Made by a program: the position numbers and the translations under genes
Notes under the pieces: model-generated
What the model saw: only the letters and a program-made list of their open reading frames with translations
What the model was told of the DNA's origin: nothing
Database searches by the model: none
In this document: positions 7,992 to 15,939 of the stretch, one piece after another
How positions within the stretch are numbered: the stretch's first letter is position 1
Layout: every line of letters begins with the position of its first letter
Source: Candidatus Micrarchaeota archaeon
GTDB lineage: Archaea; Micrarchaeota; Micrarchaeia; Norongarragalinales; Norongarragalinaceae
Length of the DNA: 15,939 nt
Assembly (NCBI GenBank): GCA_037444485.1
Contig: JBBIMI010000020.1
Coordinates: 1 to 15,939 of the forward strand
Direction of reading: 5' to 3'

Positions 7992-9002
7992 ATGGGTTGG
8001 CATACTTTTGGCGGTATATATAATAAAGACACAGAACCAGATTCGCGTTGGGACAACTTATTTGAAAATACATTGGAAGTATTTGAAGGTAAGGGCGCCA
8101 GCAATATTAACAGAGATGAACGCGCAGAGATAATGCAAATGCTTAACACATCCCTTTCTGCAAATAAAGAGAGATTACATTCAAAAGATTATAAATTTGT
8201 AATAAATTATCTAATAAAAATACTACATCCTGGTCAAACAAGTTCAATTCTAATAGATTCTATAGAAGAATTAAATAAAATAAAAAAAGATTATAACGGA
8301 ACTACTGAAGGTCTTTTTACTTTTGTTAATCTAAAATATCAAGATGGGAGCGGAAAAAGTTCAGAATTTAGATTATTTTACTCAAAAGATTATAATGCGG
8401 CAATTGAATTGCTAGACTCATTTTGTTCTGATGACGCGTATCATATAAAATTAGAGGATGTCTTAGGAAAAATCGAATTAGCTGCATTCTGCAAAGGCGG
8501 TGACCGAAGAGCAAGGTGGAAACTAGATAAACTCCATTCAGAATACGGCGATTTCGACGAATGCCACAAGGTTGGTGCAAAACTAACCTATTTACTCTTG
8601 GATATTTTAGAAGATGATTTAAAAGAAAAAGGCAAATTGATGGCGTATGCAGATAAAATAGAAAAAATAAAGAAAAATTGTTCCGCTCTGATGGGTAAAA
8701 AAATCTCACACTTTTTAGAAAAAGAATTGCCGCGTTCAACTTGTCCATTCTGCCTCAGAAAAATAAGACTAATAGATTTTTTCAGAAATGGTAGAAACGA
8801 TCCGTTCTCGATTAGTTTTGGCCATTACGAATTTAGAGGAAAAAGGCAACTAAGCACTCATACTGCCAGAAATGCTTTTTGGATACACCGTACATGCAAT
8901 TATGCTCAGGGCGAATTTGAGATAAAGGAGCGGATTCCATTTCTAAAAGAGGTCGTAAACTCACAAGAAAAAGCAAAAATAGATTGGGATTCTAGGGGGT
9001 AA
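7992..9002 (+). CDS. HNH (His-Me finger) endonuclease, probable restriction enzyme (336 aa)
   Basis: C-terminal CPFC...SFGHY...HTARNAFWIHRTCNYAQG gives a Zn-knuckle plus beta-beta-alpha-metal pattern. GGTG SD. Convergent with an MTase gene (11-nt 3' overlap). Confidence 0.8.
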   Translation: MGWHTFGGIYNKDTEPDSRWDNLFENTLEVFEGKGASNINRDERAEIMQMLNTSLSANKERLHSKDYKFVINYLIKILHPGQTSSILIDSIEELNKIKKDYNGTTEGLFTFVNLKYQDGSGKSSEFRLFYSKDYNAAIELLDSFCSDDAYHIKLEDVLGKIELAAFCKGGDRRARWKLDKLHSEYGDFDECHKVGAKLTYLLLDILEDDLKEKGKLMAYADKIEKIKKNCSALMGKKISHFLEKELPRSTCPFCLRKIRLIDFFRNGRNDPFSISFGHYEFRGKRQLSTHTARNAFWIHRTCNYAQGEFEIKERIPFLKEVVNSQEKAKIDWDSRG

Positions 9003-11004
9003 GAGATTCTGTTGCTAGATACTCATGAATCTTTTTCTTTGCTACCGCCCTTTGCAGCACTAATTCTTTTATAGACTCGGATATTTGCTCTCTGAGCTTA
9101 GCATCTTTCGGGATTGGGAGTACTACTTCCAAAAGCCGATTTCCTAAGGAAGGAATTGTAGATTGAACGAAGACTTTTGATACTATTTGCTTTCTAACGA
9201 TTGGCATTTTTAGTATAGCCAAGAGAAGGTAGGGGGTTAGCAATTTTTTGGTTACTCTAATCCTCCGGATGTGACTCTGAATTAGTAATCGCGCATCAAA
9301 TTTAGTCTTTAAAGCTACCTCACCAACCATCCTGCCGCCATCATTAACAAAAAGTAAATCTTCATCTCTAATATCCTGCGATTTAGAATATTCTAAATAG
9401 GTATCTTCATCAACACTAGTTTCGGGGTTATATCTAATTTCCCAATTAGATATGTCTGAAGTTCGAACAAAAGGTATATCGCCAGTGCCATATTTGTCCG
9501 ACCCAACTTCATTTCCGCGTTTTATTTCTAATTCTTTTTCTTCAACTAATTCACCGACGGTTTTCAGCAGATATTTACCGCTTTTTTGTAGTTTATCTAA
9601 TTCATATTTTATTGCCGGATCATAATATCTGGGCGCCAGTATCTTTTCGCCATTTTTAAGTTCCAAGACTGGAACATAAAAGCCGAGCCGATCGTGACTT
9701 TTGGAAGAATCGATTTGTTTTTCTTTAAACTTTTTTTGTACTAGCGGGAATTCATCTTCGCAAATTTCTCTGCCGCGCCTATCATGCCCACACTTTTCGA
9801 CTATAGACATAAAAACGGGGTAATTTTCACTAGTAATTTTCTTTTCGAAAATAATTACGGTTGTTTTCGTTGCGGTACTCGGTTGAAAAGCTTCAGGAGG
9901 GCAATCTATTATTGCGATTATTTTTGTGTTTTCCAATAAAAATTGTCTAACATAGCCATCTGAATTATTACCAAAAAGTCCATCGGGCAAAACTATTCCA
10001 GCCCGTCCGCCAGGTTTTAATAACTTCAGTGCTAACTCTACAAATAGTATTTGCGGCGGTTGGTACGCGCGCAAATTATTTGTCTTAAGCCATTTTCCAT
10101 CTTCATTTTGTTCCCATTTATATCCTAACTCAAAATTTGATAGTATAGTTTTATCTTCTATTGGGATTTTAGAACCGAAAGGCGGATTTGTTATTACTAC
10201 ATCGAATTCTCCTAATTTAATTTTGTCCCTAGTATTTTTCTGCCAAGAGTTGTAGTCAAGGCTATTCTCGCAAAAAATACAGTTTTTACCATTTCCAAGA
10301 ATAGCTAAGTAAGCTCTTGCAACTTTTGCTAAAAAAGTATCTTTTTCTATACCTCTAATTTGTTTCGAAGCTATATCTAGATACCTCTCCATTCGAATTT
10401 TTTTTCCAATTTTATCAAGAGAAACCGTCAAAAAAGCTCCGCTGCCGCAGGCAGGATCAATTATTTTTTCCTCAGGCTTCGGATCTATTAAATCGACTAC
10501 GGCCTCAACAATATTTTTAGGTGTAAAGAATTGTCCTTCTCCACCTCTAAGAGCTGGCGAGATGAATGCTTCAAACGCTTCACCTACAACCTCTCTTGAA
10601 GCATCAATAATAGAATATTGCTGCAATTCACTAACTACGTATGCGATACATTTTTCATCTAGATTTATTTTATCAGCATAACTAAAAATTTCGGGATATT
10701 CCTGTTTAACCTTTTGGAAAATAAGGTCAAGTCTCTTCTTTACATCTTTAGCTTCGTCGCCAACTTCAACTCTAAACGATACTAATTCATTTTTGGGAGT
10801 ATGCAGTTCATCAAAGATTTTACAAAAAAGCAAATTTATTGTCTCGCGCGTAAGCGCTTCATCACGAGTCATTCCTTTTGCATTTCCAGCCAGATAGTTT
10901 CGAATATTATTTAATATTCTTTTCAAATTAGTAGCTGGAATTAACTTGTTTCTCAGTAGTTTAGTGGGAATGATTTCTGGATAAATTTCTGATTGCTGTT
11001 GCAT
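8992..11004 (-). CDS. N6-adenine DNA methyltransferase: HsdM-like domain fused to a single HsdS-like TRD
   Basis: LLFCKIFDE, GQFFTP, DPACGSG and NPPF, then one TRD (KRGNEVGSDKYGTGDIPFVRTSDI...STIPSLG..LLEVVLPIP) and one spacer helix. ATG 11004 or GTG 11013. Confidence 0.9.
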   Translation of the reverse strand: MQQQSEIYPEIIPTKLLRNKLIPATNLKRILNNIRNYLAGNAKGMTRDEALTRETINLLFCKIFDELHTPKNELVSFRVEVGDEAKDVKKRLDLIFQKVKQEYPEIFSYADKINLDEKCIAYVVSELQQYSIIDASREVVGEAFEAFISPALRGGEGQFFTPKNIVEAVVDLIDPKPEEKIIDPACGSGAFLTVSLDKIGKKIRMERYLDIASKQIRGIEKDTFLAKVARAYLAILGNGKNCIFCENSLDYNSWQKNTRDKIKLGEFDVVITNPPFGSKIPIEDKTILSNFELGYKWEQNEDGKWLKTNNLRAYQPPQILFVELALKLLKPGGRAGIVLPDGLFGNNSDGYVRQFLLENTKIIAIIDCPPEAFQPSTATKTTVIIFEKKITSENYPVFMSIVEKCGHDRRGREICEDEFPLVQKKFKEKQIDSSKSHDRLGFYVPVLELKNGEKILAPRYYDPAIKYELDKLQKSGKYLLKTVGELVEEKELEIKRGNEVGSDKYGTGDIPFVRTSDISNWEIRYNPETSVDEDTYLEYSKSQDIRDEDLLFVNDGGRMVGEVALKTKFDARLLIQSHIRRIRVTKKLLTPYLLLAILKMPIVRKQIVSKVFVQSTIPSLGNRLLEVVLPIPKDAKLREQISESIKELVLQRAVAKKKIHEYLATESLTP

Positions 11005-11020
11005 AACAACCACATGATAG

Positions 11021-11084
11021 TAAAAATATTTTTAGATGTATAGAATAGCAAAAAACGTGTTTAAAAACCTAGGCAGACCTGCCT
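11021..11084 (-). promoter_or_regulatory. Putative archaeal promoter of the M-S gene with palindromes
   Basis: TTTTTAAA on the minus strand at 11060-11067, a 14-bp palindrome TAAAAATATTTTTA at 11021-11034 near the expected start site, and AGGCAG-AC-CTGCCT at 11071-11084. Confidence 0.4.
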
Positions 11085-11104
11085 GCCGGTGAATTTTAAG
11101 ATGC

Positions 11105-11123
11105 GATTATCAAGCTGATAATC
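11105..11123. repeat. Inverted repeat GATTATCA-AGC-TGATAATC over the nuclease stop codon
   Basis: Perfect 8-bp arms with a 3-nt loop, at the AT-rich/GC-rich transition. Confidence 0.55.
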
Positions 11124-12306
11124 CGCTTACGGTTACTCTGCTTTCTTCTTCTATTTTCTGTAATTTTTCGATTATTTTCACGGTTTTCTCGTCAAAAATA
11201 TTTTCTTCCAAGGCTTTGTTCAGCAAGGCTTGACTTAAGTCGGATACTTGCAGCCACTTGCCGCTTTTTTTCAAAAGCTCTTCGAGCGCCTCGCGTTCTT
11301 TACTGCCTTTCGGCGGCAGGCGCTCGACTTTAGCGATTTTTACGCTTATTTTGCAGTCTTTCCCGACGATGACTTCAACGCCTTCCTTCTTCGCGAAAGC
11401 AACAATCGCTTCCTTCAACTGGCTTAACTTGTCGCCGACTTCTCGCTCTTTCGCCTTCCACTCGGCATACTTCGAAGCTAGTTGCACGCCTGAATCGCGC
11501 AGAAACTCGTTTTCAGTCATTAACTCTGCTCTGATGACGTGCTTCCAGAGCGGGCAGAGCGAGCGGAAGCCGCACCAGTCGCACAACTCGCTTTTGGATG
11601 GCGGAAACTTGTTCTTCTCCAAAGCCCGTTCTATCTGCTTTATTACTGCAATGGTTTCTTTCTTCACGCGCGCAATGTCCTTCTTAGTCCGCTTGGACTC
11701 GAGGTCTTTGTTGAAGGCGGTGTAATGCCAGATTAGCTTGACTTTCTTAGCGTCCTTATAATCGTTTTGAACACCAATTTGGTATAACGCCAGCTGCCGG
11801 TCTGCGTCCACGTACCGCTGCGGCGGCAAGTAACCGCTGGTTTTGTAATCGTGAATCTCGTAAAACCCGTTTTTCGAGCAAGCCAAACGGTCTATATAAC
11901 CCTGGAGTTTGTAGCCGTCACCCAAATCGACTTCAACACGCTTTTCCAACGCGATCGTAGTCGAATCATCATTAACGAAAACCCGCTCGTAATAATCCTT
12001 AACCATCCTCTTGCCTAAGTTAAAGTAATCAACCGGCTCAAAACCCTCACGAACCACTTGAACGCCCTCATGCCAATTCTCCCGCCACTTCCTCTCAAAA
12101 AACTCGAGAACCGCTTCAAGAGGCAAGATTTTCGCTAGCTTCTTGCTGAAGTAAAGCTTCTCAAACGTCTCGTGCACGCGGCTGCCCAAGAAAGCTTCTA
12201 TTCCCTCCAGTTCTTCTTCAGGCGACATCTTTTCAACGTAATGAAACTTATACTTCAACGGACAAGACTCGAAAGTGCTCAACCGAGAATAAGAATAAAG
12301 AGGCAC
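11110..12306 (-). CDS. RecB/AddB/Cas4-like PD-(D/E)XK nuclease with a 4-Cys (Fe-S) motif and C-terminal helical extension (398 aa)
   Basis: YSYSRLSTFESCP, GSRVHETFE, LEK, GYIDRL, IHDYKT, QLALY, CDWC...CP. GTG 12306 follows SD AGGTGA, with TTTAAA upstream. The ORF-track extension to 12711 overlaps the rhomboid gene. Confidence 0.9.
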   Translation of the reverse strand: MPLYSYSRLSTFESCPLKYKFHYVEKMSPEEELEGIEAFLGSRVHETFEKLYFSKKLAKILPLEAVLEFFERKWRENWHEGVQVVREGFEPVDYFNLGKRMVKDYYERVFVNDDSTTIALEKRVEVDLGDGYKLQGYIDRLACSKNGFYEIHDYKTSGYLPPQRYVDADRQLALYQIGVQNDYKDAKKVKLIWHYTAFNKDLESKRTKKDIARVKKETIAVIKQIERALEKNKFPPSKSELCDWCGFRSLCPLWKHVIRAELMTENEFLRDSGVQLASKYAEWKAKEREVGDKLSQLKEAIVAFAKKEGVEVIVGKDCKISVKIAKVERLPPKGSKEREALEELLKKSGKWLQVSDLSQALLNKALEENIFDEKTVKIIEKLQKIEEESRVTVSGLSA

Positions 12307-12344
12307 GCGCTCACCTAACAAACTTATGCAGAAACTCTTTAAAT

Positions 12345-13022
12345 TTATGTGGCCTGGGAATACCAGTATGCTGCTGCAAAACCGTACAGCAATCCGACGA
12401 TATGCGCGTAGTTGCCTAGAAAGTTTGGCTCCAACCTTATTGACGAGACTGCTGACGCTAGACCGATGAAAACCAACGCGGCAACCAAGCCCAATAGCAA
12501 GAAATATCCGACGAACTTGACGGCACTCATTCGTTTTTTTATGCACGAGCGGTAGAATTCCTTTGCGAAGAAGGGCGTTAGAAAGCCTGTAGCCGTAAGG
12601 ATGAATGTTGAGGAGCCCACGCTGTTGCTGGGCGCGGTTTTCAGCGCGAAAATGACATACTGCAGCCCGAATTCTGTAAGGCAAGCCAGCAGGGTCGGCA
12701 GGATGAGCCAAAACGGGCTTGCGTTTCTCAAGCTCTGGAAAGCGCGTTCACAAACAAGAGCAAGAATCAAGATGGCGATTAAGAAAACGGCGTTGTAGAC
12801 AAAGTGGTCCGCATAGCCGTGAATGAAGTTGCCGGTCAAGATTCCAAGCGGGTTGCTTGGAGTCTGACTTAATACGTTCCTCCAGTAGTCCGGCAGAAAA
12901 CCGCCGTTCGGCGCATTCAACAAAATAAAAACCACTACGCAAGCCAGCGTGAAGGCCAGTATCGTGAGCGACAGGTTGCCGAATCGCAATTCTAACTTAC
13001 TGAAATTAAGGCTTTTTTCCAT
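12345..13022 (-). CDS. Rhomboid-family intramembrane serine protease (225 aa)
   Basis: About 6 TM segments, FIHGYADHFVYN (H..H...N), catalytic GxS in VGSS, and AHIVGLLYG (HxxG). Confidence 0.88.
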   Translation of the reverse strand: MEKSLNFSKLELRFGNLSLTILAFTLACVVVFILLNAPNGGFLPDYWRNVLSQTPSNPLGILTGNFIHGYADHFVYNAVFLIAILILALVCERAFQSLRNASPFWLILPTLLACLTEFGLQYVIFALKTAPSNSVGSSTFILTATGFLTPFFAKEFYRSCIKKRMSAVKFVGYFLLLGLVAALVFIGLASAVSSIRLEPNFLGNYAHIVGLLYGFAAAYWYSQAT

Positions 13023-13053
13023 CTTGCGAAACTAACACCACATCTGCGTTCAA

Positions 13054-13862
13054 CTATTGGCTTTTGAGTTTTTTGACAGTGTCAGCGTGCAGGTTTTTTA
13101 TTAAATAGCTGCCGGAGACGAGGGCGTGCGCTCCTGCGTCGCGCGTTCTTTTCGCCTGCGCGTTGGTCACGCAGCGTCGGCTATAATGTGTTTGAAGCCG
13201 GCGCGTTTGGCTTCGCGTATTTTGTCTAGCGCGCTTTCCATGAACTCTTGACCGCCTTTTCCTGGAAAGACGCTCATTATGGAGTCCATTTTGTTTGCCA
13301 AGTGGGCTACTGCAGTTACGGGAGCGTTGGGGTTGATTGCAACTCCTTTTTTCACGCTTATGCGTTTCAAGCAGTCTTCCAGCGCGTTGTTGTTTAAAAA
13401 GGCTTCGTGGCGGACGGTGATTTCCTTGACGCCTGCTTTCTCGAATTTTTTGATTAGTTTCTCGGGCTTGAAAGCCATCAAGTGCGCTGAAGTGGGAATG
13501 CGCGCGTGCTCGACGTACTCTTTAATCAATTCGACTCCGCCGGTCTTGTTTTCCACGAAACAGCCGTCCATGTAATCGAAGTGGACTTCGTTCACTCCAG
13601 CTTTTTCAAGCGCTTTGGCGAGTCTCGCGGAGCTTTCCGCGTTCCACTGAAAGCACCGAAACACTAACCCGCTTCGTATCTTCCTAACCCGCCTCGAATA
13701 CTTTTCTTCCCTCGCGTTGAAACCAGTTTCCAAAAACGCTTTCAAAATGTTGGAAGGCGCGTCCAAAAGCTTTACCCGCCCTCCCAAGCACAACACGTTC
13801 GCGTCTAGGTGTTCTCTCGCCTGCCTGGCGGTTTCCACGCTCCAACACAAAGCCGCCCTCAC
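13054..13862 (-). pseudogene. rpe: Degenerate rpiB-rpe fusion (ribose-5-P isomerase B C-half plus ribulose-5-P 3-epimerase)
   Basis: RpiB C-half VRAALCW...AREHLDANVLCLGGR...FLETGF...RRVRKI is in frame with Rpe motifs HFDYMDG, HLM, GVAINP, MSVFPGKGGQ. A frameshift near 13172-13176 destroys DGGV, and the shifted frame continues VTNAQAKRTRDAGAHALVSGSYL...* to 13054. The RpiB N-half is absent. Confidence 0.85.
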
Positions 13863-14205
13863 GCGCTCGCCAAAGAAAACCCTGAAGAAAAACAGGCGCT
13901 CGCGAAATTACGCAAACGCCGCGACTTGACCCACAAACGCCTCAACGAGATACCTGGCTTGAGCTACACAAAACCAGAAGGCGCGTTCTACGCGTTCCCG
14001 CGCATAAATGCAGGCCCTTGAAAAACTGACAAGGAATTCGTTTTTGCAGTTGCTGCGCGAGAAAGGCGTTCTGAACGTCTGGAGAGAAGGCTTCCACGAA
14101 CCGCAAGACGCGAAGCACTTCAGAATCGTTTTCCTACCTGAAGAACGCGTCCTCGAAGCCGCCTTCGACGCGATTAAAGAATTCGTGCGCGAACGCGCTT
14201 GCTGG
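13863..14205 (+). pseudogene. C-terminal remnant of a class I/II PLP aminotransferase (alanine aminotransferase-like)
   Basis: KLRKRRDLTHKRLNEIPGLSYTKPEGAFYAFPRI..GP*KTDKEFV / LQLLREKGVL...HFRIVFLP..VLEAAFDAIKEFVRER. TGA at 14019 where Trp is expected, a frameshift in the T-run at 14041-14045, and no PLP-binding N-terminal part. Confidence 0.85.
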
Positions 14206-14310
14206 AAAAAGCGAGGTTTTTTTAACGTGCTTCACATTATTGAATTGCAAACACGATTGCAAACGAATTTCACTGTTTTTTTAGAGAAGATTTTACTGGA
14301 GGGATTCAAC

Positions 14311-15564
14311 TTGAAGTTTAAAGTGCGTGATTTGAAGCTAGCGAACGAAGGATTCAAGAAAATCGAGTGGGCGCGTTCGCAAATGCCTGTTTTGATGAAG
14401 ATACGCGAGCGCTTCCGTAAAGAAAAACCGTTGCGCGGAATTCGAATCGCCGCGTGCTTGCACGTGACCAAGGAAACAGCTGTTTTAATGGAAACCTTGC
14501 GTGACGGGGGAGCGGAAGTAGCGCTCTGCGGGTCGAACCCGTTAAGCACTCAAGACGACGTTGCAGCAGCTCTCGCGCGCGAAGGCGTTAGCGTGTTCGC
14601 GTGGCGAGGTGTTTCGAAGAAAGAGTATTACTGGTGTTTGAACAAAGCGCTTGACGTCAAGCCACACGTTTCGCTTGATGACGGCGCAGACTTGATTTCC
14701 ACCATCCACTCGAAAAGACGCGAGTTGTTGCCGGACATGATTGGAGGGCAAGAAGAAACAACTACGGGCGTGATTCGCTTGCGCGCGATGGCGCGGGATG
14801 GAGCGCTAGAGTACCCCGTAATCGCTGTAAACGACACTCCGACGAAGAGGCTCTTGGACAACGTTCGCGGCACAGGCCAGTCTACGATTGACGGCATTCT
14901 TCGTGCTACTGACGTGTTGCTTGCAGGCAAAAACTTTGTGATTGCAGGCTTCGGGTACTGTGGGCGCGGGTTGGCTGACCGTGCGCGTGGAATGGGTTCT
15001 AACGTGATAATCACTGAAGTTGACGCGATGAAGGCGTTGGAAGCTTACATGAGCGGCTACCGCGTGATGCCAATGCGTGAAGCAGCGAGAATTGGAGACG
15101 TGTTCGTAACCGCAACAGGCAATATTGACGTGATTACGAAGAAACACTTTCCGTTAATGAAAAACGGCGCGATCCTAGCTAACACAGGCCACTTCGACGT
15201 TGAAATCAACGTCAAGCAGTTGAACGAAATGACGGTCAAGAAACGCGTGATTCGCCCGGAAGTTGAAGAATTCACGTTGAAAAACGGGAAGAAAATTTAT
15301 TTGCTTGCGCGAGGCAGGCTAGTAAACCTCGCTTGCGCGTGCGGGCACCCGAGCGCGGTAATGCAGACTAGCTTCGGCGACCAAGCGTTGGTAAGCGAGT
15401 GGCTCGTTAAAAACGCTGGCTCGCTCTCGAATAGAGTGCACGACGTTCCGAAAGAAATCGATGACGAAGTCGCGCGGCTTGCGAACGAAGCTTACGGCAT
15501 TAAAATCGACAAGCTCACGCCTGAACAAAAAAAATACTTGAACAGTTGGCGAGAAGGAACTTGA
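14311..15564 (+). CDS. ahcY: S-adenosylhomocysteine hydrolase (417 aa)
   Basis: IEWARSQMPVL, ACLHVTKETA, GSNPLSTQDD, DDGADL, EETTTG, GTGQS, GFGYCGRG, GHFDVEI, GRLVNL..A.GHP, YLNSWREGT. TTG 14311 follows SD GGAGGGA. Confidence 0.97.
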   Translation: MKFKVRDLKLANEGFKKIEWARSQMPVLMKIRERFRKEKPLRGIRIAACLHVTKETAVLMETLRDGGAEVALCGSNPLSTQDDVAAALAREGVSVFAWRGVSKKEYYWCLNKALDVKPHVSLDDGADLISTIHSKRRELLPDMIGGQEETTTGVIRLRAMARDGALEYPVIAVNDTPTKRLLDNVRGTGQSTIDGILRATDVLLAGKNFVIAGFGYCGRGLADRARGMGSNVIITEVDAMKALEAYMSGYRVMPMREAARIGDVFVTATGNIDVITKKHFPLMKNGAILANTGHFDVEINVKQLNEMTVKKRVIRPEVEEFTLKNGKKIYLLARGRLVNLACACGHPSAVMQTSFGDQALVSEWLVKNAGSLSNRVHDVPKEIDDEVARLANEAYGIKIDKLTPEQKKYLNSWREGT

Positions 15565-15580
15565 AGAATACTTGAAGAAT
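15559..15580 (+). repeat. 11-bp tandem duplication ACTTGAAGAAT x2 across the ahcY stop
   Basis: 15559-15569 and 15570-15580 are identical. Confidence 0.8.
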
Positions 15581-15595
15581 CAGGGAATGAAAGAA

Positions 15596-15937
15596 TCAGA
15601 GGATGCCTGCTTCCTGAAGCACTAGCAGTTCATCAGTTGAAAGCTTTCTGCCTGCCTTAAACTCTTCAAAAAGTCTCTTCGCTTGCTCGCTTATCTTCGC
15701 GCGGATTCTCGCTTCTGCAGCCAGCTTCGCGCGCATTTCTTTTTGTTTTTCGCTTTCTTCGCGCTTCCGCAATTCGGCTCGCGCGGCTGCGAGTTCCGCG
15801 TGTTGGGCGTCTACCTCGCCGCGTTTGGCGTCGAGTTCTTTAAATGTTTCCCTGATTTTTTGTTCGAGTGCTTCCGCTTTCTTGAAGCAAGCGATTCGCG
15901 TTTGGTGGTGTTCGTCGCTTGCTCGCGCGCGCGCGTT
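15596..15937 (-). CDS. 3' part of an archaeal coiled-coil protein (COG1340-like)
   Basis: Open from the right edge, E/K/A/R-rich heptads, ending AKRLFEEFKAGRKLSTDELLVLQEAGIL*, a characteristic C-terminus for this family. Missing from the ORF track. Confidence 0.8.
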   Translation of the reverse strand, partial: NARARASDEHHQTRIACFKKAEALEQKIRETFKELDAKRGEVDAQHAELAAARAELRKREESEKQKEMRAKLAAEARIRAKISEQAKRLFEEFKAGRKLSTDELLVLQEAGIL

Positions 15938-15939
15938 GA

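Noticed and set aside
11110..12306. CRISPR-Cas locus suggested by the Cas4-like gene
   Set aside because: No repeat-spacer array or other cas gene in the window.
12307..12711. 135-aa N-terminal extension of the RecB-like nuclease
   Set aside because: It overlaps the rhomboid gene in another frame, and a strong SD plus family alignment place the start at GTG 12306.
14019..14021. TGA at a Trp position as evidence of recoding
   Set aside because: TGA ends many intact genes here and TGG is used for Trp. An adjacent frameshift indicates pseudogenisation.
14200..14310. SAH riboswitch upstream of ahcY
   Set aside because: The AT-rich leader has no recognisable stems or consensus, and the class is known from bacteria. 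An Rfam scan would settle it.

Overview
Archaeal-type genomic window (GGTGA/GGAGG Shine-Dalgarno motifs, TTTA[A/T]A boxes, archaeal-type AhcY, COG1340-like coiled-coil protein; a DPANN-like host is plausible but unproven). About 108-11100 is a defence island. It holds a complete Type I restriction-modification operon (hsdR-hsdM-X-hsdS, minus strand), where X is an unannotated 165-aa stand-alone PD-(D/E)XK nuclease translationally coupled between hsdM and hsdS. Next come a 5'-truncated radC and an AT-rich block with a three-gene operon of small proteins (membrane-anchored Zn ribbon, 2-TM protein, 61-aa basic protein). That operon is divergent from an HNH endonuclease, which converges on an HsdM/half-HsdS fusion methyltransferase (AhdI-like 'Type 1.5' architecture). 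The GC-richer right part carries a RecB/Cas4-like Fe-S nuclease, a rhomboid protease, two decaying genes joined head-to-head by an apparent deletion (rpiB-rpe fusion and a class I/II aminotransferase), ahcY and the 3' end of a coiled-coil gene. I saw no CRISPR array, tRNA, integrase or transposase. All family assignments come from motif recognition by eye, not database searches.
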